Shown here: piece after piece, positions 20,167 to 28,972 of the stretch
How positions within the stretch are numbered: position 1 is the stretch's first letter
Layout of the letters: the number at the start of each line of letters is the position of its first letter
Origin: a candidate division WOR-3 bacterium
Lineage (GTDB): Bacteria; Hydrothermota; Hydrothermia; LBFQ01; DSFT01
Assembly: GCA_965649115.1 (NCBI GenBank)
Contig: CBFGJN010000015.1
Coordinates: 1 to 37,124 of the forward strand
DNA length: 37,124 nucleotides
Direction of reading: 5' to 3'
The notes under the pieces: generated by a model
Seen by the model: the letters and a program-made list of their open reading frames with translations, nothing else
Databases searched by the model: none
Told to the model about the DNA's origin: nothing
Program-made: the position numbers and the translations under genes

Positions 20167-20370
20167 GCCTTGTCTAATAATTCTAAAAATATATATTTTA
20201 CTATATTTTCCCCGCCCACCCTGAAATAAAGGCTGCGCCTTTAAAATGCCCATTTTTTGCCTTTGGGGGCTTTCGCCCCCCATTAGACCCCCCCATAAAA
20301 TTAATAGTTCCGATAAAATTTTTATAAGTTATTGGTTACCAACAACTTAACATTATTTATTGGACAAAGC
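20167..20370 (-). mobile_element. Full-length element (204 bp), tandem unit 2
   Basis: Ends GCCTTGTCTAATAA...TTATTGGACAAAGC. A third AATAACCTTAT lies at 20371-20381. Confidence 0.92.
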
Positions 20371-20381
20371 AATAACCTTAT

Positions 20382-20468
20382 AAAAACTCTTATGAAATTA
20401 TTAATTTCATTGGAGGGTTTAATGTAGGGCGAAGTTTTCAAGCCAAAAGCTTAATTACTAAACAAGGC
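20382..20468 (+). mobile_element. Decayed element copy
   Basis: Partial interior followed by right end TTACTAAACAAGGC. Confidence 0.65.
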
Positions 20469-20479
20469 AAAGAAAAATT

Positions 20480-20624
20480 GCTTTGTCTAATAAAAATTTT
20501 AAGAAAACTATTTATTTAAAGCCTCCCAATGCCGAAATATGGGAATTTTTGAGCCGAAGGCTTAAATATAGGGTGGGTGGGAAAAATAAGAAAAATCAAT
20601 AATTCCAGAATTATTAGACACAGC
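20480..20624 (+). mobile_element. Internally deleted element (145 bp)
   Basis: Ends GCTTTGTCTAATAA...TTATTAGACACAGC. The flanks AAAGAAAAATT and AAAAGAAAAACT form an imperfect direct repeat. Confidence 0.85.
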
Positions 20625-20661
20625 AAAAGAAAAACTAATTTATGGTTTAAAATTTCAAATT

Positions 20662-21771
20662 ATGCGAATTGGTATTCCGAAAGAAATAAAAACAGAAGAA
20701 TATAGAGTGGCTATAACACCATCAGGTGTTGAAGAGCTTGTTAAAAGAGGACATGTTGTATATGTTCAAAAGGATGCTGGCATAGGAAGTGGAATAAATA
20801 ATGAAGATTATGAAAAAGCAGGAGCTAAAATTGTTGAAAGTCTAAAAGAAGTTTATGAAAATAGTGATATTGTAGTAAAAGTAAAAGAGCCTCAAAAAGA
20901 AGAATATGAATTTTTGAGAGAAGATTTAATTTTATTTACATTTTTACATTTAGCAGCGGATGAAGAACTAACAAAAGTACTATTAAAAAAGAAAGTTATT
21001 GGAATTGCTTATGAAACCGTTGAATTAAATGGAGAATTACCATTATTAAAACCGATGAGTGAGATAGCAGGAAAAATGGCTGTTCAAGAAGGAGCAAAAT
21101 ATCTTGAAAAACCATTTGGAGGAAGGGGTGTTTTACTTGGTGGTGTTCCAGGCGTTCCTCCTGCAAAGGTTGTAATAATTGGTGGAGGAACAGTTGGAAC
21201 GAACTCTGCATTTGTAGCATCAGGAATGGGAGCAGATGTTTATGTTTTAGATATAAACATAGAAAGATTAAGATATCTAAATGAAATTATGCCAAAAAAT
21301 GTTAAGACTTTATATTCAAGTAGTTATAACATAAGGGAAGTTATAAAGGATGCAGATTTACTAATTAGTGGTGTTTTAATTCATGGTGCGAAAGCTCCCA
21401 AAATTATAACAAGAGATATGTTGAAAGAAATGAAAGATGGAGCAGTATTTGTTGATGTAGCAATAGATCAAGGAGGTTCATCTGAAACTTCAAGACCAAC
21501 AACACATAAGGAACCTGTCTATAAAGTAGATAATGTTGTTCATTATTGTGTTGCAAATATGCCTGGCGCAGTTCCAAGAACATCAACATTTGCATTAACT
21601 AATGCTACAATAAAATATATTATAAAATTGGCTGATTTGAAATGGCCAGATGCTATTTTAAATGAACCATCACTAAAAAAAGGTGTTAATACTTATAAAG
21701 GACATATTACTTATCCCGCTGTTGCACAAGCATTCAATTTAGAATATGTCCCAATTGAAAAATTACTTTAA
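20662..21771 (+). CDS. ald: Alanine dehydrogenase
   Basis: Motifs IGIPKEIK.EEYRVA, VKVKEP, PMSEIAG, VAIDQGG and HYCVANMPGAVPRTST. Confidence 0.97.
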   Translation: MRIGIPKEIKTEEYRVAITPSGVEELVKRGHVVYVQKDAGIGSGINNEDYEKAGAKIVESLKEVYENSDIVVKVKEPQKEEYEFLREDLILFTFLHLAADEELTKVLLKKKVIGIAYETVELNGELPLLKPMSEIAGKMAVQEGAKYLEKPFGGRGVLLGGVPGVPPAKVVIIGGGTVGTNSAFVASGMGADVYVLDINIERLRYLNEIMPKNVKTLYSSSYNIREVIKDADLLISGVLIHGAKAPKIITRDMLKEMKDGAVFVDVAIDQGGSSETSRPTTHKEPVYKVDNVVHYCVANMPGAVPRTSTFALTNATIKYIIKLADLKWPDAILNEPSLKKGVNTYKGHITYPAVAQAFNLEYVPIEKLL

Positions 21772-22487
21772 TGAAAACAATTGTAATAATTCCTACTTAC
21801 AATGAAAGAGAGAATATAGAGGCTCTTATAAATGAAATTTTCAAACATTTTCCTCAAACTGACATTTTAATAATTGATGATAATTCACCTGATAAAACAT
21901 ATGAAGTTGTTGAAGAATTATCAAAGAAAGATAATAGAATTCATTTAATAAAGAGGGAAAGAAAACTTGGACTTGGTAGTGCTTATGTTCAAGGATTCAA
22001 ATTTGCTATAAATAATAATTATGATGTTGTATTTCAGATGGATGCAGACTTTTCACATCAACCATCTGACCTATTAAGACTTCTTGATAAAATAAACGAG
22101 GGTTATGATTTAGTGATAGGTTCAAGGTACATCAGTGGTGTTAATGTAGTAAATTGGCCAATGAAAAGATTATTATTATCTTATTTTGCTAATTTCTACG
22201 CAAGAATTATTACTGGTGTTCCTATTAAGGACTTAACTGCTGGTTTTAAAGCAATAAGGGTAAGTGCTTTAAAGCTAATAAATTTAGATAATATAAAGTC
22301 AAATGGCTACGCTTTTCAAATTGAAATAACTTTTAAAATTTACAACAAAGGATTTAAAATTACAGAAATTCCTATTGTATTTTATGAAAGAAGAAGTGGA
22401 AATTCAAAAATGTCAAAAAAAATTATACTTGAAGCAGCAATAATGGTTTGGCGATTAAGAATAGGAAAAATTTTAAATAGAATTTAA
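21771..22487 (+). CDS. Polyprenol monophosphomannose synthase (GT2, DPM1-like)
   Basis: Motifs IPTYNE.EN, DDNSPD.T, MDADFSH and GYAFQIE. Confidence 0.92.
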   Translation: MKTIVIIPTYNERENIEALINEIFKHFPQTDILIIDDNSPDKTYEVVEELSKKDNRIHLIKRERKLGLGSAYVQGFKFAINNNYDVVFQMDADFSHQPSDLLRLLDKINEGYDLVIGSRYISGVNVVNWPMKRLLLSYFANFYARIITGVPIKDLTAGFKAIRVSALKLINLDNIKSNGYAFQIEITFKIYNKGFKITEIPIVFYERRSGNSKMSKKIILEAAIMVWRLRIGKILNRI

Positions 22488-22489
22488 AA

Positions 22490-22572
22490 AGCCCCTTGCC
22501 GAAAAATGGGACTTTTAAAGGCGAAGCCTTATTTTCAGGGCGAGTGGGCAAAATAAGAAATAATCATAATTT
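22490..22572 (+). mobile_element. Truncated element copy
   Basis: GCCGAAAAATGGG...AAGGCGAAGCCTT...GGGCGAGTGGG. Confidence 0.8.
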
Positions 22573-22583
22573 ATAAAGCTTTT

Positions 22584-22706
22584 GCTTTGTCCAATAAAAG
22601 CTTTGAGGAAATTATAGATTTAAACGGGTATTTATAAGGCGAAGGCTTAAATATAGGGTGGGGAAAATATAGAAATAATCTACATTTCAGAATTCTTAGA
22701 CAAAAC
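22584..22706 (+). mobile_element. Internally deleted element (123 bp) with 11-bp direct repeat
   Basis: Ends GCTTTGTCCAATAA...TTCTTAGACAAAAC. ATAAAGCTTTT occurs at 22573-22583 and 22707-22717. Confidence 0.88.
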
Positions 22707-22737
22707 ATAAAGCTTTTGCTTTAAAATTTTAAAACTT

Positions 22738-24129
22738 TTGAAGGGTGTTTTAATTTTATATCTTTTAACTGTTCTTTTATTCATATTTGGACTTAAATTA
22801 TTACAAAAACCTTCAACAGCAAGATTAGGAAATTTAATAAGTGCAATTGGAATGTTAATAGCAATAATTGCAACATTTGTAAGTCAGCATTTTGAAAATT
22901 ACTTTTTAATTATATTAGCCATGATTATTGGCAGTATTATTGGAGTGTTTTTGGCATATTGGGTAGATATGAGAGCAATTCCTCAATTCGTAGCTATGTT
23001 AAATAGTTTTGGAGGGGCTGTTTCTTCACTTGTTGGAATTTGGGCATTCTTAGACAATAAAATTCCAAGTTTTATAAATCCAATTCAATTTTACATTTCA
23101 GTTGGATTTGACACATTTATAGGAACTATTACATTTGTAGGTTCCGTAATAGCATTTTCAAAATTACAAGGTATAATTACTGAAAAACCTATTCTCATTC
23201 CTTTTAAAAATTTCTTAAATTTAGTGCTTTTAATTGTTAGTATATTATCAATTCTTCTATTTGCGTTAACTAAAAATTCGTTATTTTTATGGCTTGTTCT
23301 AATTGGTTCTGTAATTCTTGGTTTAACATTAACGCTTCCTATTGGCGGTGCAGATATGCCTGTTTTAATATCACTTCTAATATCTTACGCAGGTCTTTCT
23401 GCAACATCACTTGGTTTTACATTTGGAAACTATGGTTTAATTATGGTTGGTTCACTAGTTGGAGCTTCAGGCTTAATTTTGACAAGAATAATGGCAAAGG
23501 CAATGAATAGGGATTTTTGGGGTATATTACTTGGAAATATAACACCCCCTGAAATTACTAAAACATCTGATGATAAGAGCTTTTACGAAGGTAAAATCAA
23601 AACTGCATCCCCCGATGAAGTAGCAAGTATATTAGAGTTTTCTAAAACAATTGCAATTGTTCCTGGATATGGTTTAGCAGTTTCGCAAGCTCAGCAGGTA
23701 TTAAAAGAATTGTACGAATTATTAACAAAGGATGGCAAATTTGTATATTTTGCTATTCATCCTGTTGCTGGAAGAATGCCAGGACACATGAATGTTCTAT
23801 TGGCAGAAGTGGATATACCCTATGATAGAATGAAAACACTTGAAGAAAGTAATGAACTATTTCCTCAAACTGATGCTGTTATTGTTGTTGGAGCCAACGA
23901 TGTTGTCAATCCACTTGCAAGAGAAAAAGAAGATTCACCCATCTACGGCATGCCAATTTTGGATGTTGATAAAGCAAAAGTAGTAATTGTTATAAAAAGA
24001 AGTTTAGCTCCTGGATTTGCAGGTGTTGTAAATCCATTATTCATAAATGAAAAAACAATTATGGTTTTTGGAGATGCAAAACCTGTTTTAAGTGAAATTG
24101 TGAAAGCATATAAGGAATTAAAAGTTTAG
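22738..24129 (+). CDS. pntB: NAD(P) transhydrogenase subunit beta
   Basis: Motifs PIGGADMPV, AMNR, VPGYGLAV.QAQ, IHPVAGRMPGHMNVLLAE and GANDVVNP. TTG start. Confidence 0.96.
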   Translation: MKGVLILYLLTVLLFIFGLKLLQKPSTARLGNLISAIGMLIAIIATFVSQHFENYFLIILAMIIGSIIGVFLAYWVDMRAIPQFVAMLNSFGGAVSSLVGIWAFLDNKIPSFINPIQFYISVGFDTFIGTITFVGSVIAFSKLQGIITEKPILIPFKNFLNLVLLIVSILSILLFALTKNSLFLWLVLIGSVILGLTLTLPIGGADMPVLISLLISYAGLSATSLGFTFGNYGLIMVGSLVGASGLILTRIMAKAMNRDFWGILLGNITPPEITKTSDDKSFYEGKIKTASPDEVASILEFSKTIAIVPGYGLAVSQAQQVLKELYELLTKDGKFVYFAIHPVAGRMPGHMNVLLAEVDIPYDRMKTLEESNELFPQTDAVIVVGANDVVNPLAREKEDSPIYGMPILDVDKAKVVIVIKRSLAPGFAGVVNPLFINEKTIMVFGDAKPVLSEIVKAYKELKV

Positions 24130-24714
24130 ATGTTATTGAATAAATCAAAAAATGAAATAGATTTGAAAATTGTCTATTACGGACCTGCCCTTGCAGGGAA
24201 AACCGAAAATTTAAAGTACATTTATTCAAAAATTAGTCCTCAAAGAAGGGGGGAACTTGTTAAAATTGATACAAAAGGTGAAAGGACATTATATTTTGAT
24301 TTTATGCCCATTGAAATTAAGTTAGAACCTTATAAGTTAAAAGTTCATTTATTTTCTGTACCTGGACAGGTATTTTATAAGGTTTCAAGAAAATTAGTTT
24401 TAAAGGGATTTGATGGTATTATCTTTGTAGCTGATTCTTCACCTGATAGAAGAGAAGCAAACATTCAAAGCATGGAAGAAATGTTATCAAATATACAAAG
24501 TGATGGATTAAAAATGGAAGATATACCAATTGTCTTACAATATAATAAGAGAGATTTAACGAATGCTCTATCAATTGAGGTTTTACAAAACGATTTAAAT
24601 AGAAATAATTGGCCATATATATTAGCAGTAGCAAGTGAAGGAAAGGGAGTTATTGAAACCTTAGATTTGTGCTTAAAATTAACAATAAAAAATGTAAAGG
24701 CAAAAATTATATGA
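24130..24714 (+). CDS. mglA: MglA-type small Ras-like GTPase
   Basis: Motifs KIVYYGP...GKT, RTLYFDF, VPGQVFY and YNKRDL. Confidence 0.85.
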   Translation: MLLNKSKNEIDLKIVYYGPALAGKTENLKYIYSKISPQRRGELVKIDTKGERTLYFDFMPIEIKLEPYKLKVHLFSVPGQVFYKVSRKLVLKGFDGIIFVADSSPDRREANIQSMEEMLSNIQSDGLKMEDIPIVLQYNKRDLTNALSIEVLQNDLNRNNWPYILAVASEGKGVIETLDLCLKLTIKNVKAKII

Positions 24715-25859
24715 ACATATATTTTCTTTTATCGTTTAGATTTTTAAAAGCAATTAGGAAGGGTGTTTTATCGTTTTTGTCGTTATTTTCAATAGTTGGA
24801 ATTACACTTGGTGTAAGTTCATTAATTGTTGTAATCGGAATTATGAATGGATTTAGAAAAGAAATTGAAAATAGATTATTAAAATTTACACCTCATATTT
24901 CAATTATTCCATTAAATCAAAATTTAGAATTTGAAAAAATAAAAAAAAATATAAAATTGAAAAGCGGTGTCAAAGATGTTAAAGAATATATCATTTTAAA
25001 AACAATTGTTAAAGCAAATGATAAAATGGACGGAGTTTTATTGAAAGCAGTTGATAACTTATATCCTGATATGAAAAAAACTATTATTAGTGGAAATGAT
25101 GATATTAAAAATGGTGTTCTGATTGGCAAAGGCCTTGCTCAAAAGCTAAATGTAATTGATGATGATTCAATTGAAATTTATTCTGTTTCTAACCTTATTC
25201 CACATAAATTAAAAATTTCTGGAATTGTAGATGCAGGAATATATGACATAAACGAACATTTTATAATAACAAGTATAGAAAATATTAGAAAATTAGGAAA
25301 TTTTCCAATTAGTGGAATAGAAGTTTATTTAGATGAGCCTAGCAAAGCTCAAAAATTAGCTAATGATTTGAGAAGAAATTTTGAAAATGTTTCAATTTTC
25401 ACTTGGATAGATTTAAATAGAAATCTATTTTCTGCTCTTGAGCTTGAAAAACTTGGAATGTTTATTGTTCTTCTTCTTATTACCATAGTTGCAAGTTTTA
25501 ATATCATATCAACATTATTTATTTTATCAGAGCAAAAAAGTTATGATATTGCAATTTTGAGGGTTTTTGGCTTTAAAAGTAATGATATTATTATCGTATT
25601 TTTAATGATTGGCTCAATAATTGGTTTAATTGGAATTTTGGGAGGTGTTTTGTTAGGTTTTATCATTTCGTTTCTTATAACTGATTTAAAAATCATTAAA
25701 CTTCAACCTGAAATTTATTTTATTGACTACATACCTATAAAATCCACAATTTTTGATTACTTAATTATATCATTCTTTGCTTTCTTAATAGTTTTCGTAT
25801 TTTCAATTATTCCTTCTTTAAGAATTTCAAAATTAAAAATCAGAGATATTTTAAAGTAG
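24711..25859 (+). CDS. LolC/LolE-family ABC permease
   Basis: Motifs GITLGV..LIVV.GIMNGF, LFSALELEK and VASFNI. Start set at ATG 24711 (ATGA overlap). Confidence 0.88.
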   Translation: MNIYFLLSFRFLKAIRKGVLSFLSLFSIVGITLGVSSLIVVIGIMNGFRKEIENRLLKFTPHISIIPLNQNLEFEKIKKNIKLKSGVKDVKEYIILKTIVKANDKMDGVLLKAVDNLYPDMKKTIISGNDDIKNGVLIGKGLAQKLNVIDDDSIEIYSVSNLIPHKLKISGIVDAGIYDINEHFIITSIENIRKLGNFPISGIEVYLDEPSKAQKLANDLRRNFENVSIFTWIDLNRNLFSALELEKLGMFIVLLLITIVASFNIISTLFILSEQKSYDIAILRVFGFKSNDIIIVFLMIGSIIGLIGILGGVLLGFIISFLITDLKIIKLQPEIYFIDYIPIKSTIFDYLIISFFAFLIVFVFSIIPSLRISKLKIRDILK

Positions 25860-25892
25860 TGTGTTTTTATAGGTGATTTTACTTTGCTTCCA

Positions 25893-25930
25893 AAGCCGAA
25901 GGCTTAATTATAGGGTGGGTGGAAAAAATA
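25893..25930 (+). mobile_element. Element remnant (hairpin 2 plus G-tracts)
   Basis: AAGCCGAAGGCTTAATTATAGGGTGGGTGGAAAAAATA. Confidence 0.75.
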
Positions 25931-25984
25931 TATTTTTTATCCTTTATAATTTTCGGAAAACAAGACAAAACAGGAGGTTGTTGT

Positions 25985-26881
25985 ATGAAAAGTAGGGATG
26001 TTAAGTTTTTTATAAAAATATATGATGTTGAAAATTCAAAATCTCTTATTATAAAATTCACAAAATTTTCATTCGGTGTTGTTCTGGGAATTATTTCAAG
26101 TCTTATATTATCAATAATTTTAGCTATTATTTTATCTTTGAAGTTTGCTTTCATATATATTGAAAATCTAACATTAAAGAGACAAAATCAAAGTCTAAAA
26201 AGATATATTGCTCAAATAGAAGAAGAAATGAAAATGACAAAATCAAAATTGGATAGCTTATTTGATATCACCAATAATTTTAGGATATTAGCAGGTTTAA
26301 GTCCATTGTCAAATGATATTAGGAATTTTGGTATTGGAGGATATATTAGGAAAAATGATAGTGTAAGTAATATAAATTTAGAAATGAAAAATTTAAGAAA
26401 AGTTTTAGAATTTGAGCTTCAAGATGTTAAGCGAATTAAAGATATTATTGAAAATAGAAATGAAGAAATCAAAAGAATTCCTAGTATTATTCCTACAATT
26501 GGAATAGTTGTTTCTAACTTTGGTTATAGAAATGACCCGTTTACGGGAGAATATAAAATGCACGAAGGTATTGATATTTCAGCACCTACTGGAACACCTG
26601 TTTATGCAACTGCAGACGGAATTGTTATCTTTTCAGGTTATAAAGAAGGTTATGGACTTGAAGTTGAAATTTCTCATCAAAATGGAATTATAACAAGGTA
26701 CGCTCATCTTTCAAGGATTTTAGTAAGTCCTGGTCAAAAAATTAAAAGGGGAGAAATTATTGGAAAAGTAGGTTCAACAGGCCGCTCAACAGGCTCACAT
26801 TTACACTATGAAGTTATAGTAAATGGAAGACCTGTAAACCCCTTAAATTATATAATTTTATCTGATGTTGTTTATGATTAA
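25985..26881 (+). CDS. M23 family metallopeptidase (membrane-anchored, coiled-coil)
   Basis: Motifs HEGIDI, YAHL and GSTGRSTGSHLHYEV. Start set at ATG 25985, after SD AGGAGG and TATAAT 25945-25950. Confidence 0.92.
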   Translation: MKSRDVKFFIKIYDVENSKSLIIKFTKFSFGVVLGIISSLILSIILAIILSLKFAFIYIENLTLKRQNQSLKRYIAQIEEEMKMTKSKLDSLFDITNNFRILAGLSPLSNDIRNFGIGGYIRKNDSVSNINLEMKNLRKVLEFELQDVKRIKDIIENRNEEIKRIPSIIPTIGIVVSNFGYRNDPFTGEYKMHEGIDISAPTGTPVYATADGIVIFSGYKEGYGLEVEISHQNGIITRYAHLSRILVSPGQKIKRGEIIGKVGSTGRSTGSHLHYEVIVNGRPVNPLNYIILSDVVYD

Positions 26882-28301
26882 TCTATTATTAGTTTTATTA
26901 GAAGAAAACTTAAAAACTCACATTTACTATTTAGCAAATGATTACTTAGAAGGAAGACTTTGCGGATACAATAAAAAAGCGAGAGATTATATAAAGTTTT
27001 ATTTAAATAGAATGGGTTATGAAATTTTGACACAAAATTTTGAATTAGATGGCAAAATTAAAATTGATAGTTTTTATATAAATTTGAAAATTCCAATAAA
27101 ACCATTATATTTTTCAAGTAGTGGATATATTAAAACCAAAGATGTAGCAATTGTTGATGGAGATAGTCTTGATGAAATAGGAATAATAAATAAAGCAATT
27201 GAAGAAAGGAATAAAAAGAAAAAAATTATCATTTTTTTATTTTCAAATTATATCCAAAAGAGTTATTTTAAAAATGATTTAGGAATTATAGCTCTACAAA
27301 CTTTAAAAATTTATAAAGATAGCTTAAATAATAAAGAAATTGAAGTCTATTTGAAACTTTCAAAAGAAAAAGTTCAAGGTGAAAACATATTTGCTATAAA
27401 AAAAGGTAAAAGTTTAAGATATATTGTTTTAGGTGCTCATTATGACCACTTAGGCTATGGTGATATTAGCTCCTTAGATAAAATTTATGATGTTCATAAT
27501 GGTGCTGATGATAATGCAAGCGGTGTTGCAGGTGTTATTGAAATTGCTAATTATTATAAGGATAAAGAAGTTAGAGATAATATATTATTTGCATTTTGGG
27601 ATTGCGAAGAGATTGGAACTGTTGGTTCAGAGTACTTTGTGAAAAATCCCATTATTCCTGTTGAAAACATAAAAGCTTATATAAATTTTGATATGATAGG
27701 TAGATTAGAAAACGATAATTTAACAATAATTGGCACAAAAACTGCTAATGAATTTGAAGGAATTATTAAAAAAGTAAATGAAAAATTCAATTTTAATATA
27801 AAATTTTCAAATAGTGGATTTGGAATGAGTGATCAAAATGCCTTTTATAATATCAAAATTCCTGTTCTACATGTCTTTACAAATGTCCATAAAGATTATC
27901 ATAAGACAACAGATGACCCACAATTCATAAATTATGAAGGTGAGAAAAAAATTTTAGAATTTACGATAGAACTAATAGATGAAATCTCTAAAATTGAAGC
28001 ATTAACTTATAATGAAATTAAAGAAAATAAGACTATAAAATCTTCAAATAGAGTTAGACTTGGAATTATTCCTGACTATAGTTATGATGGAGAAGGTGTT
28101 AGAATTATGGGTATTTCAAATGGAACACCTGCCCAAAAATTAGGAATTAAAGAGGGAGATATTATTTTGAAAATTGGAAATTATGAGATTAAAAATATAT
28201 ATGATTTAACTTATGCCTTAACGAAATTTAAAAAAGGACAAAAAACTACAATCATATTTAAAAGTAATGAAAAAATTATAAAGAAACAAATCATTTTTTA
28301 A
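26865..28301 (+). CDS. M28 family aminopeptidase with C-terminal PDZ domain
   Basis: Motifs GAHYDHLG, GADDNASG, EEIG..GS, NFDMIGR and DYH, plus a PDZ (LGIIPD..GTPAQKLGIKEGD). The start may instead be 26874. Confidence 0.92.
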   Translation: MLFMINLLLVLLEENLKTHIYYLANDYLEGRLCGYNKKARDYIKFYLNRMGYEILTQNFELDGKIKIDSFYINLKIPIKPLYFSSSGYIKTKDVAIVDGDSLDEIGIINKAIEERNKKKKIIIFLFSNYIQKSYFKNDLGIIALQTLKIYKDSLNNKEIEVYLKLSKEKVQGENIFAIKKGKSLRYIVLGAHYDHLGYGDISSLDKIYDVHNGADDNASGVAGVIEIANYYKDKEVRDNILFAFWDCEEIGTVGSEYFVKNPIIPVENIKAYINFDMIGRLENDNLTIIGTKTANEFEGIIKKVNEKFNFNIKFSNSGFGMSDQNAFYNIKIPVLHVFTNVHKDYHKTTDDPQFINYEGEKKILEFTIELIDEISKIEALTYNEIKENKTIKSSNRVRLGIIPDYSYDGEGVRIMGISNGTPAQKLGIKEGDIILKIGNYEIKNIYDLTYALTKFKKGQKTTIIFKSNEKIIKKQIIF

Positions 28302-28309
28302 TCGGTTAT

Positions 28310-28356
28310 GGGGGGGCAAGCCCCCCTAACTGAAAATCAGAATTATTAGATACACC
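28310..28356 (+). mobile_element. Element remnant (hairpin 1 plus decayed right end)
   Basis: GGGGGGGCAAGCCCCCC...CAGAATTATTAGATACACC. It may double as a terminator. Confidence 0.65.
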
Positions 28357-28384
28357 ATTTATTTTATCCTTTAAAATTTTCAAT

Positions 28385-28972
28385 ATGACTGACAAGTCAA
28401 TTAAAAAGGAAAAAATTGTTGAAGTAGCAAGAAATCATTTTTATGAAAAAGGTTATTATAAGACAAATTTAGATGAAATAGCAAAGGAACTTAATATAGC
28501 AAAAGGAACAATTTATAATTATTTCAAAAGTAAAAGTGAGCTTTTTATAACTATTGTTGAAGAAGACTTAAAAAATGTTCTTGAAGATACAAGAAAAATT
28601 ATAAATTCCAACGATGAACCAAAAGTCAAAATTGAGAAATTTATTGATATTTTGTGGGATAAGTTATATGAATTTAGAAATGCTCTTAAAATGGTTGAAA
28701 TTAGCCAAAAGGAATTTATATTTGAAGAGGATATATTTCCATTATATATGGATAAAATTTATCCAATTATTTCTGAATTTAAAGTTCTATTAAGAAAGTT
28801 AATAATGGAAGGGATACATAAAGGTCAATTTAAAAATTTGGAAGTTTCAGCAGTAGGTTATTTTATAGGTCTTTCTATAAAGTCATTTTTTATGAGGTTT
28901 GAAGACCCCGTTAGATATGAAGATAGGGAAGTCATAAAGGAAATTATATTAAGAGGATTACTAACATGTTAA
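28385..28972 (+). CDS. TetR/AcrR family regulator
   Basis: HTH F.EKGY..T.LDEIAKELNIAKGTIYNYFKSK. First gene of the RND operon. Confidence 0.95.
   Translation: MTDKSIKKEKIVEVARNHFYEKGYYKTNLDEIAKELNIAKGTIYNYFKSKSELFITIVEEDLKNVLEDTRKIINSNDEPKVKIEKFIDILWDKLYEFRNALKMVEISQKEFIFEEDIFPLYMDKIYPIISEFKVLLRKLIMEGIHKGQFKNLEVSAVGYFIGLSIKSFFMRFEDPVRYEDREVIKEIILRGLLTC
28386..28399. promoter_or_regulatory. Candidate TetR operator TGACT-N4-AGTCA
   Basis: Palindrome overlapping the TetR start codon, just downstream of TAAAAT 28372-28377. Confidence 0.5.

Noticed and set aside
19943..20381. CRISPR array
   Set aside because: The repeats are only 11 bp, the ~200-bp 'spacers' are homologous to each other, and there are no cas genes.
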